A program made the position numbers and the translations under genes. This document shows, in pieces, positions 54,810 through 64,000 of a DNA stretch of 64,000 nucleotides. The stretch comes from Desulfobacterales bacterium. Lineage in GTDB: Bacteria > Desulfobacterota > Desulfobacteria > Desulfobacterales > UBA5852. Location of the stretch: contig CAXXVS010000003.1 of the NCBI GenBank assembly GCA_963674755.2, positions 160,001-224,000 on the forward strand. The letters run 5' to 3'. Position 1 is the stretch's first letter. Each line of letters starts with the position of its first letter. Below the pieces are notes generated by a model. It did not search any database and was not told where the DNA came from. It saw nothing but the letters and a program-made list of their open reading frames with translations.

Positions 54810-56306
54810 ATGAAGAGCGAAAGAATATCAACCATGCGTTTAGCATTGAGGATTGCCCTTGCCTTCGTGCTGCTGACGGCCGCCGGCCTTGCACTGGCCT
54901 ATCTTTACCTGCCGGTCAATCGCGTCGCGATCACATCCGAACTGGTCATGCTTGGTGATCTCAATAATGACAACCAATGGAATTTGAAGGATGCGGAAAC
55001 GCTATCCGATGTGCTCGCCGATCCATTCCGGTCCGATCGCCGGATGATGCTTAAAATCGATGTCAACCGCAACGACCTGATAGACGAAGAAGATGTGTCA
55101 TTTCTGAGACATTTGTATCAGTTTTCCGATCCTTATCTGGCTGAACAAAAGGCGGGGGAACGGGGAGTTTATTTTCCCCGGCCGAGGGAATTTTTCAAGT
55201 ATCTGCCGACATACGAATATGTTCAGCGGCCGCTTTTTGCCTTGCACCCGGTCGCCAGGATGTCGCCCTTTGCTTTTCTGCCGGCGATGTCATCTGAAAG
55301 CGCGGACACACCCTACGAAAAGCAGCTTCTGATTGAAATCTACAACGAGGCCCTGCGCTTTTCATCGGCCTATACGGTCCGGAAAGATCAGCTCGACGCC
55401 ATCGAAAGCGACTATGCCCAGGGGAAAATCCGGCACTGCAACAATCTTTTTGATGCCGGGCAGTATTACCCGCTGCTGCTCAACCTGATCAGCCTGGTGG
55501 AAGACGCGGAAACATTGTCGATCGCGGACCAGTCCGAGTTTATAAGAAAGATATTGTATTTTCGCGATCACCTGAAAGCATTGCTGCTCTCCGATGAATT
55601 CGCGCAATTCAAACAGAGCCGGATTCCCTATACAGTGATCTACCAGAGAATCGAGGCCGCCCTTAAGGCCGACCTGGACCTTTCCGTGGACCTGGCGTCC
55701 CTGGCGCCGCCCAGGGATTTTACGAATCTGCAAAACTATCTGGATCGCGCCGAGTGGCAAGCTTACAAAAGCAAAACCCGCAAGGAGGATTTCAGGCAGC
55801 TTGTTTTATATGCCCAATACGACCGCCGCTACCTGCGAGCCGTCTCCAACACATCCCCCAAACAGCAGGACACTCAGCTGCAAAACCACAACCTGCCGAT
55901 GATTCTGTTGTTCCGCGAAGCCCTGCGCATTTCCGGCAACGATAAAAAGGCTGCGGTCGCCCTTCTCGATGAAGCCATCCGCATCCCTTTGGGGTGGGTG
56001 AAACGCATCCCGACAGATCTCCTGCCCAATTCCATCGCCCTGGAAAATTTCCTGTTGCCGGGCAACAAAGAGGACGGCCTGGATAAAAGCCGGCACTGGA
56101 ACGTGTTCGGAGGCATTGCGATCTACAAGTCTCCGCAGGAAGCCTTGATGCTGGCCTTGAAACGGGAAAACCTGGACTTGCAAGAGCAGAACTTTGCGCC
56201 GGAGGCCATGCAGGAATTCATTCGCGATACCATTGCCAATATCAACGGCATCTATTATGTCATATCGATTGACTCAGAGCACATTCCAGGGCTCGAAGGT
56301 CTATAA
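54810..56306 (+). CDS. exported hypothetical protein with a dockerin-like duplicated Ca-binding loop
   Basis: N-terminal TM or signal helix; GDLNNDNQWNLKD and IDVNRNDLIDEED. Confidence 0.7.
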   Translation: MKSERISTMRLALRIALAFVLLTAAGLALAYLYLPVNRVAITSELVMLGDLNNDNQWNLKDAETLSDVLADPFRSDRRMMLKIDVNRNDLIDEEDVSFLRHLYQFSDPYLAEQKAGERGVYFPRPREFFKYLPTYEYVQRPLFALHPVARMSPFAFLPAMSSESADTPYEKQLLIEIYNEALRFSSAYTVRKDQLDAIESDYAQGKIRHCNNLFDAGQYYPLLLNLISLVEDAETLSIADQSEFIRKILYFRDHLKALLLSDEFAQFKQSRIPYTVIYQRIEAALKADLDLSVDLASLAPPRDFTNLQNYLDRAEWQAYKSKTRKEDFRQLVLYAQYDRRYLRAVSNTSPKQQDTQLQNHNLPMILLFREALRISGNDKKAAVALLDEAIRIPLGWVKRIPTDLLPNSIALENFLLPGNKEDGLDKSRHWNVFGGIAIYKSPQEALMLALKRENLDLQEQNFAPEAMQEFIRDTIANINGIYYVISIDSEHIPGLEGL

Positions 56307-56339
56307 TCGTGTCGTGCTCTTGTTGGGGAAATCGACTGC

Positions 56340-56684
56340 ATGAACTTTAATCTTAAAGATAAAGTAGCCATCGTGACGGGTGCAAGTGCGGGACTAGGCA
56401 AGGCAATCGCCTTCAGTTTGGCATAGGAAGGCGCGAAAGTAGCGATTTCGGCCCGCCATCCAACCGCATTAAAGCAGACAGCAACGGGAATTGAATCTGC
56501 TACGGGAAAAGGCTTACTGGCCGTTTCCGGCGATATGTCCAAAGCCGCGTCGGTGAAGGATCTAGTTAATAGAGTGGTCGCCGAATATAAGACGTTCCAC
56601 ATTCTTGTTAACAATGTCGGACAGGCCAGTTACATCTCCGGCCAAAATATAATCGTTGATGGCGGCTTAAGTCGGGCGTTTTGA
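56340..56684 (+). pseudogene. short-chain dehydrogenase (SDR) pseudogene
   Basis: KVAIVTGASAGLG; in-frame TAG at 56424; LVNNVG joined directly to the C-terminal ASYISGQNIIVDGG, so the catalytic YxxxK region is deleted. Confidence 0.85.
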
Positions 56685-56726
56685 TGCGACTGTCACATCT
56701 CAACGGAGTCGTTCGAGAGGAGATCA

Positions 56727-58058
56727 ATGTCAAATAATCAAGACCTCGTCAAAAAGACAACGACTTACATCAAGCGTTCAATAACGCTTAAGATCGTTTC
56801 TGTGGGCATCCTGATTTTACTGCTACTGATACCCACTGCAATGGTTCAGAATCTGATAAGCGAAAGACAAGCGCGGCGTGATGCCGTCGTTAGGGAAATC
56901 AGCCAAAAATGGGGCGCCCCTCAAACGATAACCGGCCCCTTCATGACCATCCCCTATAAAGTGTTTTTCACAGACGCTGCCGATCAGACACGATTTAACC
57001 TGAAGTACCTGCATCTTCTGCCCGAAACACTGGATATCTCGGGCGAGATAGGGCCGGAAGTACGTTATCGAAGCCTTTTCGAAGCGGTTCTCTATAATAT
57101 CAGGCTCAAATTCAGGGGCAGCTTTAAACTGCCGCCGCTGAATCAATTGAACATCGATTCAAACAACATCCTGTGGGACAAGGCAAACCTATCGCTGGGC
57201 CTGACCGATATGCGCGGCATACAGGATAAGATTTTAATGTCGTTCAATAAATCCGTTTATAACGCCAACCCGGGACTAAAGACGACCGATTTGGCCGCCG
57301 GCGGCGTCAGCACACTGATCAATTCCTTAATGCTGAATGAAGCCAACAATTTTTCATTTGATTTGAACCTTAATGGCAGTGAACAAATAAGCTTTATTCC
57401 CGTTGGCGAATCCAATACCGTCCAGATTGGCTCGCGTTGGCCTTCGCCGAGCTTTAATGGTGCCTTCCTGCCCGCCAACCGCGAGGTTAAAAAGAGCGGA
57501 TTTATCGCCAACTGGCGCATTCTGCATTTAAACCGGAACTATCCCCAATTCTGGGAAGGCGCTCAGTATAAAGTCACGCCATCGGCTTTCGGCGTAAAGC
57601 TGATCCTGACGGCCGATATTTATCAGAAGTCAATGCGACTGGCCAAATATTCGATTATGTTCCTTGTCTTCACCTTTGCCGCTTTTTTCTTCTCCGAAAT
57701 CGTTAACAAACAAAGGATTCATCCCATCCAATACATTCTGGTCGGAATGGCCATCCTGATTTTTTATACGCTGGTGTTGTCGCTGTCCGAGTATATGCAT
57801 TTTAATTTTGCCTACCTCTTATCGGCCGCTGCGGTCACGCTGATCATCTCAGGCTATGCCAAAGCGATAACACGCAATCCAAGGTTTGCCTTAACCATCT
57901 TAGGCATATTGGCCGTCCTGTATGGCTATCTGTTTATTGTTTTGCAGCTCGAAGATTACGCCCTCATCATGGGCAGTATCGGGCTTTTATTGATACTGGC
58001 CATGGTGATGTACATTACGCGCAAAATCAACTGGTATGAAATCGAGACAGGCGCTTAG
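56727..58058 (+). CDS. creD: cell envelope integrity inner membrane protein CreD
   Basis: WGAPQTITGP, WPSPSFNG, RLAKY, IHPIQYILVG, LSLSE, TRKINWY. Confidence 0.92.
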   Translation: MSNNQDLVKKTTTYIKRSITLKIVSVGILILLLLIPTAMVQNLISERQARRDAVVREISQKWGAPQTITGPFMTIPYKVFFTDAADQTRFNLKYLHLLPETLDISGEIGPEVRYRSLFEAVLYNIRLKFRGSFKLPPLNQLNIDSNNILWDKANLSLGLTDMRGIQDKILMSFNKSVYNANPGLKTTDLAAGGVSTLINSLMLNEANNFSFDLNLNGSEQISFIPVGESNTVQIGSRWPSPSFNGAFLPANREVKKSGFIANWRILHLNRNYPQFWEGAQYKVTPSAFGVKLILTADIYQKSMRLAKYSIMFLVFTFAAFFFSEIVNKQRIHPIQYILVGMAILIFYTLVLSLSEYMHFNFAYLLSAAAVTLIISGYAKAITRNPRFALTILGILAVLYGYLFIVLQLEDYALIMGSIGLLLILAMVMYITRKINWYEIETGA

Positions 58059-58122
58059 CTGGGGAGGGCGTATTTTCGCGACGGCGACACCACCCTGGGG
58101 ACCACGTCCAAAAGGTTAAAAG

Positions 58123-58818
58123 ATGCACAAAAAAATCGGCATCATCGGTGGGCTCAGCCCGGAATCGACGATCAGTTATTATCTGCACATCACCCGCACC
58201 TATGTCGAACGCTTCGGCGATCACAGCTATCCCGAGATCATCATCTACAGCGTCAATCTGGAACAATACCACCGCTGGCGCAGCGCGAACCGATGGGATT
58301 TGGTTGCAGACGATCTCATCACTTCCGCGCAACGGCTCCGAAAGGCCGGGGCCGATTTCGCGCTGATCGCAACGAATACCATGCATAAGGTGTTCGACGC
58401 GGTGCAGGCCGCCGTCGATTTCCCGCTGATTCACATTATCGACGCCACGGCCGTGAAGGCCAGGGAACTCGGATTGAAAACCCTGGGGCTGCTCGGAACG
58501 CGGTACACCATGAGCGACGGGTTTTATCACGACCGCATCGCCCAAAGCGGGCTGTCATTGGTCGTTCCCCCTATTGAGGACCAGACCGTCGTTCATCGTG
58601 TCATCGTGGAAGAGCTGATCCAGGGGCGCTTGCAGGAAAGCTCCCGAGCGTCCTACCGACGCGTTATCGAAGCATTGATCGACCGGGGCGCCGAAGGCAT
58701 CGTCCTGGGATGCACGGAGATTCCGCTGCTCATCAAACAGGCGGATGCACCGGTTCCGCTTCTGGATACCGCCGCCCTCCATGCCGATGCCGCTCTGGAT
58801 TTTGCTTTGGCAGGTTAA
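58123..58818 (+). CDS. aspartate/glutamate racemase family protein (YgeA-like)
   Basis: IGIIGGLSPEST, ATNTMH, GLLGT, LGCTEI. Confidence 0.9.
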   Translation: MHKKIGIIGGLSPESTISYYLHITRTYVERFGDHSYPEIIIYSVNLEQYHRWRSANRWDLVADDLITSAQRLRKAGADFALIATNTMHKVFDAVQAAVDFPLIHIIDATAVKARELGLKTLGLLGTRYTMSDGFYHDRIAQSGLSLVVPPIEDQTVVHRVIVEELIQGRLQESSRASYRRVIEALIDRGAEGIVLGCTEIPLLIKQADAPVPLLDTAALHADAALDFALAG

Positions 58819-58859
58819 CCATGATGAACTTGTAGAAGGTCCCTGAAAGAGCTGTTTCG

Positions 58860-59339
58860 ATGAAAATCGTCAAGGCCTTGGAAGAAGACGCCTCACAGAT
58901 CGCCGCTATCATCCGCGAATCGCATCAGGACGTCGCTCGGATGTTCGCCATTACGGAAGAAAATAACCCCAAACATCCCTCTTTTTGCGCCACGGACTGG
59001 GTATTGAAGGATTTTCGAAGAGGTGAAGAATACTTCCTTTGCAAGATCGGCGATACCGTTGCCGGATGCGTAGCCTTCGAACAGCCGGACGCCCAAACCG
59101 CCTACCTGAACCGGCTGTCCGTCTTGCCTGGATACCGTCATCAGGGCCTCGGCGCGGCTCTTGTCCGCCACATTCTGGCATATGCCCGATCCAGGCCGGT
59201 CAGCATTGTCAGCATCGGCATCATCGCCAGCCACGAAGGCCTTAAAACATGGTATGCCGGCCTCGGCTTTGTCGAAAAAGATACGCGCACGTTCGCGCAC
59301 CTGCCGTTCGATGTAACATTTATGCAGTATGGCATCTGA
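58860..59339 (+). CDS. GNAT N-acetyltransferase
   Basis: RLSVLPGYRHQGLG, WYAGLGF. Confidence 0.88.
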   Translation: MKIVKALEEDASQIAAIIRESHQDVARMFAITEENNPKHPSFCATDWVLKDFRRGEEYFLCKIGDTVAGCVAFEQPDAQTAYLNRLSVLPGYRHQGLGAALVRHILAYARSRPVSIVSIGIIASHEGLKTWYAGLGFVEKDTRTFAHLPFDVTFMQYGI

Positions 59340-59486
59340 ACGCGATACATGGTGATCGAAACGTTCAAACCGGGCCTGGCGGGAAAAGCCTAAGAGCGCT
59401 TCCGGGAAAAGGGGTGCCTGCTGCCGGAGGGCTGGGTCGCTATCGACTCATGGCTCTTCTGGGATAGAACCACCTTTCTTCAACCC
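59340..59486 (+). pseudogene. DUF3303-family remnant
   Basis: (ACG)RYMVIETFKPG...A*ERFREKGCLLPEG...DSW: start codon decayed, TAA at 59391, 3' part lost. Confidence 0.65.
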
Positions 59487-59775
59487 GTGGCGGCGGACCG
59501 GTCTTCCCCTGGCAGGCGATAGCGGCCTTCCTCTCCCCCGCAAGACGGCAGCGGCCCCGCCGCCCCTGTAATTGCATCTTCGTATACGATCGCATGTAGG
59601 GTTTACCCACCACCCCGGGTAAGTCAAAATATAGGAATTTTACCATATTTCTAATAGGTTATACGACAATGACCGGACGAAAACGACCTCTCACGACCAT
59701 TAGAGCCCGAATACTCCATTTCTTCCGATAGTTAACCGTTCTCCGCGAACCCCGGATAACCAATATGAACGCTTT

Positions 59776-59791
59776 TGGCATTCATATTGCT
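59776..59791 (+). promoter_or_regulatory. sigma54 (-24/-12) promoter
   Basis: TGGCATTCATATTGCT with GG-N10-GC spacing, 70 nt upstream of ATG 59861. Confidence 0.65.
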
Positions 59792-59860
59792 CTTCGCCTC
59801 CCGGGTATGACTACGTCGACCCTTTTCCGGTCGGCGCATTACGCTAGGAGGTAACGCCCT

Positions 59861-60367
59861 ATGAATACCGAAGAAGTGACCGAACCGCTCCTTTCCGTCT
59901 CCGACAGCCGTTTTGCCGCGCTAAGATGCCGGATGAAGATGATGATGGCCCTGCTGTTCTCCATTATCTTCAAGTGCATTTCCGCGACCCTTGTGATTTT
60001 GGGGATCTGGCAATTCTTTCATTCGGTGGCGGGAGGCGAAAATGAGTTCATTTCCGTCATCGTCAAGTCGGTGAATACCTTTGTCATCGCCCTGGCCATA
60101 TTCGAGCTGGGCACCGGCGTCGGAAAAGAGTATACCGTCTCCGACGAGGGCGAAAACATCTATCATAACATCCGCCGGACCATCACCCGCTTCGTCGGCA
60201 CGGTCTGCATCGCCCTCGTCCTGGAGGCCCTGATCATGATCATCAAGTACAGCCAGCTCGAACTGGCCGGCAATCTTTTCTATCCGGTGGGCATCCTGCT
60301 GGGGGGCAGCGCCCTGCTCGTAGCCTTGGGCATTTTCCTGAAGCTGACCCGGGGCCATACCGAATAG
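59861..60367 (+). CDS. hypothetical four-TM membrane protein
   Basis: AGGAGG SD; IALAIFELG and RRTITRF...IALVLEAL. Confidence 0.75.
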   Translation: MNTEEVTEPLLSVSDSRFAALRCRMKMMMALLFSIIFKCISATLVILGIWQFFHSVAGGENEFISVIVKSVNTFVIALAIFELGTGVGKEYTVSDEGENIYHNIRRTITRFVGTVCIALVLEALIMIIKYSQLELAGNLFYPVGILLGGSALLVALGIFLKLTRGHTE

Positions 60368-60437
60368 GCGCCCGACGGGAAGCGGTTTATCACGACGCTA
60401 AATCGACGATTAGCCGCAACCAGGGAGGTTGGAATTC

Positions 60438-60977
60438 GTGACGATTGCGCTGCTTGTTATTGACGTCCAGCGGGGCCTCTGTACAGGTCAAAACCCGGCC
60501 CATGATGCGACCACTATCATCGCTCGGATCAATCGGGTGGCCGCCCAGGCGCGGCGTGCGAATATGCCTGTCATCTTCATCCAGCATGAATCCGCATCCG
60601 GGATGCTGACATATGGCACGGCCGATTGGCAGCTGGCCCAGGGCCTGGAGGCGACACCGGAGGATCTCCGGGTTCGCAAGACAACGCCGGATGCCTTTCT
60701 CAAAACGGATCTGGAAGCCATGCTCAAGCGCCGCGGAGTGACCGAACTGGCCATTTGCGGCATGCACACGGAGTTTTGTGTCGACACCACGACACGACGC
60801 GCGCTTGCTCTAGGCTATCCGGTGATCCTGGTGGGCGATGCCCACACGACCGCCGGTAACGCCGTCCTGACGCCTCGGCAAATCATCGACCACCACAATG
60901 AGACTCTGATGCAGATCGCAAGCTTCGGTCCGCGGGTCCGGGCCGTGTCAAGTGCTGACATCACGTTTGACGACTGA
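60438..60977 (+). CDS. isochorismatase-family cysteine hydrolase
   Basis: ALLVIDVQ, KTTPDAF, GMHTEFCVDTT. GGAGG SD before GTG. Confidence 0.9.
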   Translation: MTIALLVIDVQRGLCTGQNPAHDATTIIARINRVAAQARRANMPVIFIQHESASGMLTYGTADWQLAQGLEATPEDLRVRKTTPDAFLKTDLEAMLKRRGVTELAICGMHTEFCVDTTTRRALALGYPVILVGDAHTTAGNAVLTPRQIIDHHNETLMQIASFGPRVRAVSSADITFDD

Positions 60978-61181
60978 CCGCGGCGCTGTCACCGCAACCG
61001 CGGTCATTTCCTGGACACGGTGGTCCATCGGGCCTCTCATCCGCGGCTAGGAAATGATGCCTTGGATGCGTATATCGATAAGATTTTTGCAGCTCCCGCC
61101 CTAAAAGCACAAGAATCGGTATGACATGCGAAAAGGCGGCATTATATTACCGTCATTCGCTATTGGAGGTGGAGGAAGAAA

Positions 61182-61466
61182 ATGGCAAACCAGGCCTGCA
61201 ACAATACCTACTACCCGGAACGGCGCTGTTGCTTGCGGACCCCATACCGTACCCCGGTACGCTATTCCAATGCCTTGTTGAACGGTTCCGGATTCGTGAA
61301 AGATATCAGCTCCTACGGCATGTTTATGGAAACCCTGGTCCCCCCCGACGTCGGGGATCAGATCCGCATCGCTTTCCAGCTGCGCAATTCCAGACACGCC
61401 ATGGATATCGAGGGGGAGATTGCCCGCAGGGCGCAATCCGGTGTCGGCGTCAAATTTTTATGGTGA
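61182..61466 (+). CDS. single-domain PilZ protein
   Basis: ERRCCLR, DISSYGMF, GVGVKF. GGAGG SD. Confidence 0.8.
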   Translation: MANQACNNTYYPERRCCLRTPYRTPVRYSNALLNGSGFVKDISSYGMFMETLVPPDVGDQIRIAFQLRNSRHAMDIEGEIARRAQSGVGVKFLW

Positions 61467-61529
61467 TCGTCTTGGATAGGCGCTATCGAACAGGATTTGC
61501 CCTCCCCTGAACAGGGACGACGACGGGAC

Positions 61530-61691
61530 TGTATCATGACCTTTGAATCCTTGCGGAATGTCATCGATTTCCAGGGTGAAAACTATCAGCGTTGCTATGT
61601 GCCCACGGCTGCGCAGCAGATCCTTAAACGGTGGGATCAGGAGTCAACGCATTACGAGCTGATCGAAACAAGAACGTATAAAAACAGCTAA
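61530..61691 (+). pseudogene. C-terminal remnant of an antibiotic-biosynthesis-monooxygenase-like protein
   Basis: IMTFESLRNVIDFQGENYQRCYVP...LKRWDQESTHYE matches only the 3' half of the family. Confidence 0.55.
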
Positions 61692-61783
61692 TCCATCAAC
61701 TGCGTTTTTCCGCCCTGCGCCATAAGGGTCCGGCAATCCCTTCGCCATCCAGCCAATGCTGAGCGACACGAATCCGCAGCTTG

Positions 61784-62482
61784 CTAGTGGTATCCGATCC
61801 CCGGATAGAGCAACGACACAAAAAAACAGTGCGCCGGACTGAACATAAAATCCAGGAGCTTCCAGGCCACAAAAATCCCCACGAACCCGAAGGGTCCGCT
61901 GTGGATGAAATCCATGTAGGCCACCGCCTTTTCCTCACTCAGGACGAGCGGAATGATGCCGCTGCCGTCCAGAGGCGGCAGGGGAATGAGGTTAAACACG
62001 AACAGCAGCAGGTTCAGGGAAAACAGAATGCTCAAAAGGGTAGCCACGCCGGTCAGGACGCCATCCTGTCGGGCGGCGACCATGTGGGAGGACGAAATCC
62101 AGTCAGGGGCGTAAAACAGGCCCAGGGCGATGCCCAGGTGAATCAGCACGGCCACCGCCACGATCACTACAAGATTGGCCAAGGGGCCGGCCAGCGCCAT
62201 CAGGGCCGAGCGCTGGGGGTAGGTGCGCGCCCACAGCGGATCGTAGGGCGCGCTGGCCCATCCGATCATCCATCCTCCTGCCAAAAAGGAGAGCAGCGGC
62301 ACCACCACCGTTCCCAGGGGCTCCCGCTTGATGTGGGGAAGGGGATCGAGGGTGACCTGGCCCCCGTCGTAGGCCGTCGGATCGCCCAGTTTCATAGCGG
62401 CATAGGCATGCGAGGCTTCATGTACGACCACCGAAAAGAGAAATGCCAGATACCATAAAAAGCCTTCCGAAAGATTGGGCAT
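61784..62482 (-). CDS. site-2 protease (M50 family)
   Basis: HEASH, AGPLAN, FNLIPLPPLDG. Confidence 0.92.
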   Translation of the reverse strand: MPNLSEGFLWYLAFLFSVVVHEASHAYAAMKLGDPTAYDGGQVTLDPLPHIKREPLGTVVVPLLSFLAGGWMIGWASAPYDPLWARTYPQRSALMALAGPLANLVVIVAVAVLIHLGIALGLFYAPDWISSSHMVAARQDGVLTGVATLLSILFSLNLLLFVFNLIPLPPLDGSGIIPLVLSEEKAVAYMDFIHSGPFGFVGIFVAWKLLDFMFSPAHCFFVSLLYPGIGYH

Positions 62483-62499
62483 GTCAACCACCTCCGCTT

Positions 62500-63399
62500 T
62501 CAGGCGACAGGTCCGACCTTGCGCCGTTTGAAAATTTTGGAAAAGAATCCGGCCACGGCCAGAAAACCGATGATGATAAATTTCTTGAAGACCACCAGCA
62601 CCCCCCCCAGCTTGGCCAGAAGTCCGACTTTGGCGGCCACCTTACCACCGATCAGGGCCGCCAGACCGTAGGCCGCCACTTTATCGACACCGGGATCGAA
62701 ATCGCTGTAGCGATGGCCCTCTTTGAAATTGGTGAAACCGATCACCTGCTCCATGCCGTCCTCTACCAGCGGCAGCTGTTCCATATCGGCAACCGCATTG
62801 AGAACCAGGACGCCTTTCCGTCCCAAGATGCGCACGTTGTAGTTCAAGGTGTGCTGGGGGTTGTCCCCGAACCGGAGTTCCTTGGCCCAATAGAGCTTTT
62901 TGGCCTCGCTGTCGTAGTAGGGCGATGCGGCCCAGCCCACAATCGTTACCGGTTCGTACCCCTGCTCGGTACGGGCGTCATTGCCCTCCCGCGCCGAGGC
63001 CTGCATTGAAGCCAACAATTCATCGTAGTCGATCTGGCAGGCATCCTTGTCCGACACATAGCCGTCTTCCTCGTAGCTGATGACCACGGCCCAGCCGCTG
63101 CTGGTGAAAAGGTCTGTGTCGGTGGGCAGCAACATCCCGATCTGGCCGGACCCGTCCGGATTGCCCCAACCTTCCTCCAGAAAGCGTCGGCTGTCCTCAG
63201 GCCCGATATAGCGAAAGGTTTCCGGTACTTCCAGCATGGCCACCCCGTTGGGAAGGTCGACGCTTCCCGCTTTTAAATCGAAGCTGTCGAGAAAGTCTTG
63301 GGCGCTTTCGTAACGCTGCTCCGCTGATGGCGTTCCCCAGGCCGGCGCAACCAGAAGCAAAAGTAAGACAAGGATGGCTACAAACTGAAATCGTTTCAC
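62500..63399 (-). CDS. DUF2167-family membrane-anchored protein
   Basis: Signal peptide, WGNP, GYVSDKDA, LYWAKEL, LNYNVRILGRKG, DKVAAYGLAALIGG. Confidence 0.88.
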   Translation of the reverse strand: MKRFQFVAILVLLLLLVAPAWGTPSAEQRYESAQDFLDSFDLKAGSVDLPNGVAMLEVPETFRYIGPEDSRRFLEEGWGNPDGSGQIGMLLPTDTDLFTSSGWAVVISYEEDGYVSDKDACQIDYDELLASMQASAREGNDARTEQGYEPVTIVGWAASPYYDSEAKKLYWAKELRFGDNPQHTLNYNVRILGRKGVLVLNAVADMEQLPLVEDGMEQVIGFTNFKEGHRYSDFDPGVDKVAAYGLAALIGGKVAAKVGLLAKLGGVLVVFKKFIIIGFLAVAGFFSKIFKRRKVGPVA

Positions 63400-63840
63400 G
63401 ATATCCTCCGTTCCCTGAAGGTAAAAGGGGATCTGCCAACCCGAAGGTTAGGACCACAAATTGTATGTTCCGGGCGGCATCGCCGCAGCCATTGTGGTGA
63501 TAGGGGAGGTGAATTCCGGAATCGGAAGTGCAAGATTTAAACCATCTTGAGGACTTCAGCGCGCCACTATATCTTGTGCCTTTTGCTGAAAGGCGCACCA
63601 TATTAGGCGGGTAAACCTGCCGCAAATTGTCGATGATATTGACAAATGACGGCACCAGGGCGGCCGCCGACCCCTGAAAATTAGCCATGCGGCGCCTTCT
63701 CCTGCTGTTGACAGCATCGAACCGCGGTATAGCTTTCCTTCCAGGCGTTTGGCCGTTACCGGCCTGAAAGCCGCAGGCCGCTGACGCCTTAAGCGTCTAT
63801 ACCTTGTCAGATTCTTTCCCCATGGCTGAAAGGAGCGCCC

Positions 63841-64000
63841 ATGAATCCTTGGCCGGCGTTTGACCGTATTTCCGCCCAGGCGTTGAACAAGTGTCTGCAG
63901 CAGGCAAACGCGCCCCTTCTAGTGGATACCCTGAGCGACGACCATTTTAAGCAGGTGCACCTGCCCGGTGCCCAAAATGCCTGCGTATTCCAGGTGACCT
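63841..64000 (+). CDS. rhodanese-like domain protein (5' part, runs off the window)
   Basis: AAGGAG SD; ISAQAL...LLVDTL...HF..VHLPGAQN. Confidence 0.75.
   Translation, partial: MNPWPAFDRISAQALNKCLQQANAPLLVDTLSDDHFKQVHLPGAQNACVFQVT

Noticed and set aside
56424..56426. Pyrrolysine or amber readthrough in the SDR
   Set aside because: The gene also lacks its catalytic core, so simple decay explains the stop.
53169..61691. Integron cassette array
   Set aside because: No intI and no recognisable RYYYAAC...GTTRRRY attC structures between the genes.

Overview
GC-rich bacterial chromosomal window. Gene content and repeat types suggest an anaerobic deltaproteobacterium (Desulfobacterales-like); this is an inference. 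It holds about 50 CDS, four gene remnants and three families of palindromic intergenic repeats, some nested. I found no rRNA, tRNA, CRISPR array, integrase or intact transposase. The main candidate for a new system is a RiPP-like or peptide-signal locus at about 10.1-20.0 kb. Its minus-strand operon encodes a cyclase-STAND-TPR protein, a class I isoprenoid-synthase-fold (ComQ-like) enzyme, a radical SAM/SPASM-like enzyme and a 74-aa Nif11-like peptide ending ...TIKRDFNVPENVDY. It converges on a plus-strand pair encoding a B12-dependent radical SAM enzyme and a C25 (gingipain-family) protease with no signal peptide. The cyclase has charge-swapped base-specifying residues (E116/K188), which predicts cGMP rather than cAMP. 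Next to it is a lipoprotein with a complete Hint (intein-like) domain (Cys...His-Asn|Thr) followed only by a poly-Gly tail. Other points of interest: a glycyl-radical enzyme with non-canonical active-site loops, a probable attenuator in the rhlE leader, four phased pho-box half-sites upstream of an alkaline phosphatase, and an IS30-ended MITE nested in a repeat. Functional calls rest on motif recognition by eye; no database searches were run.
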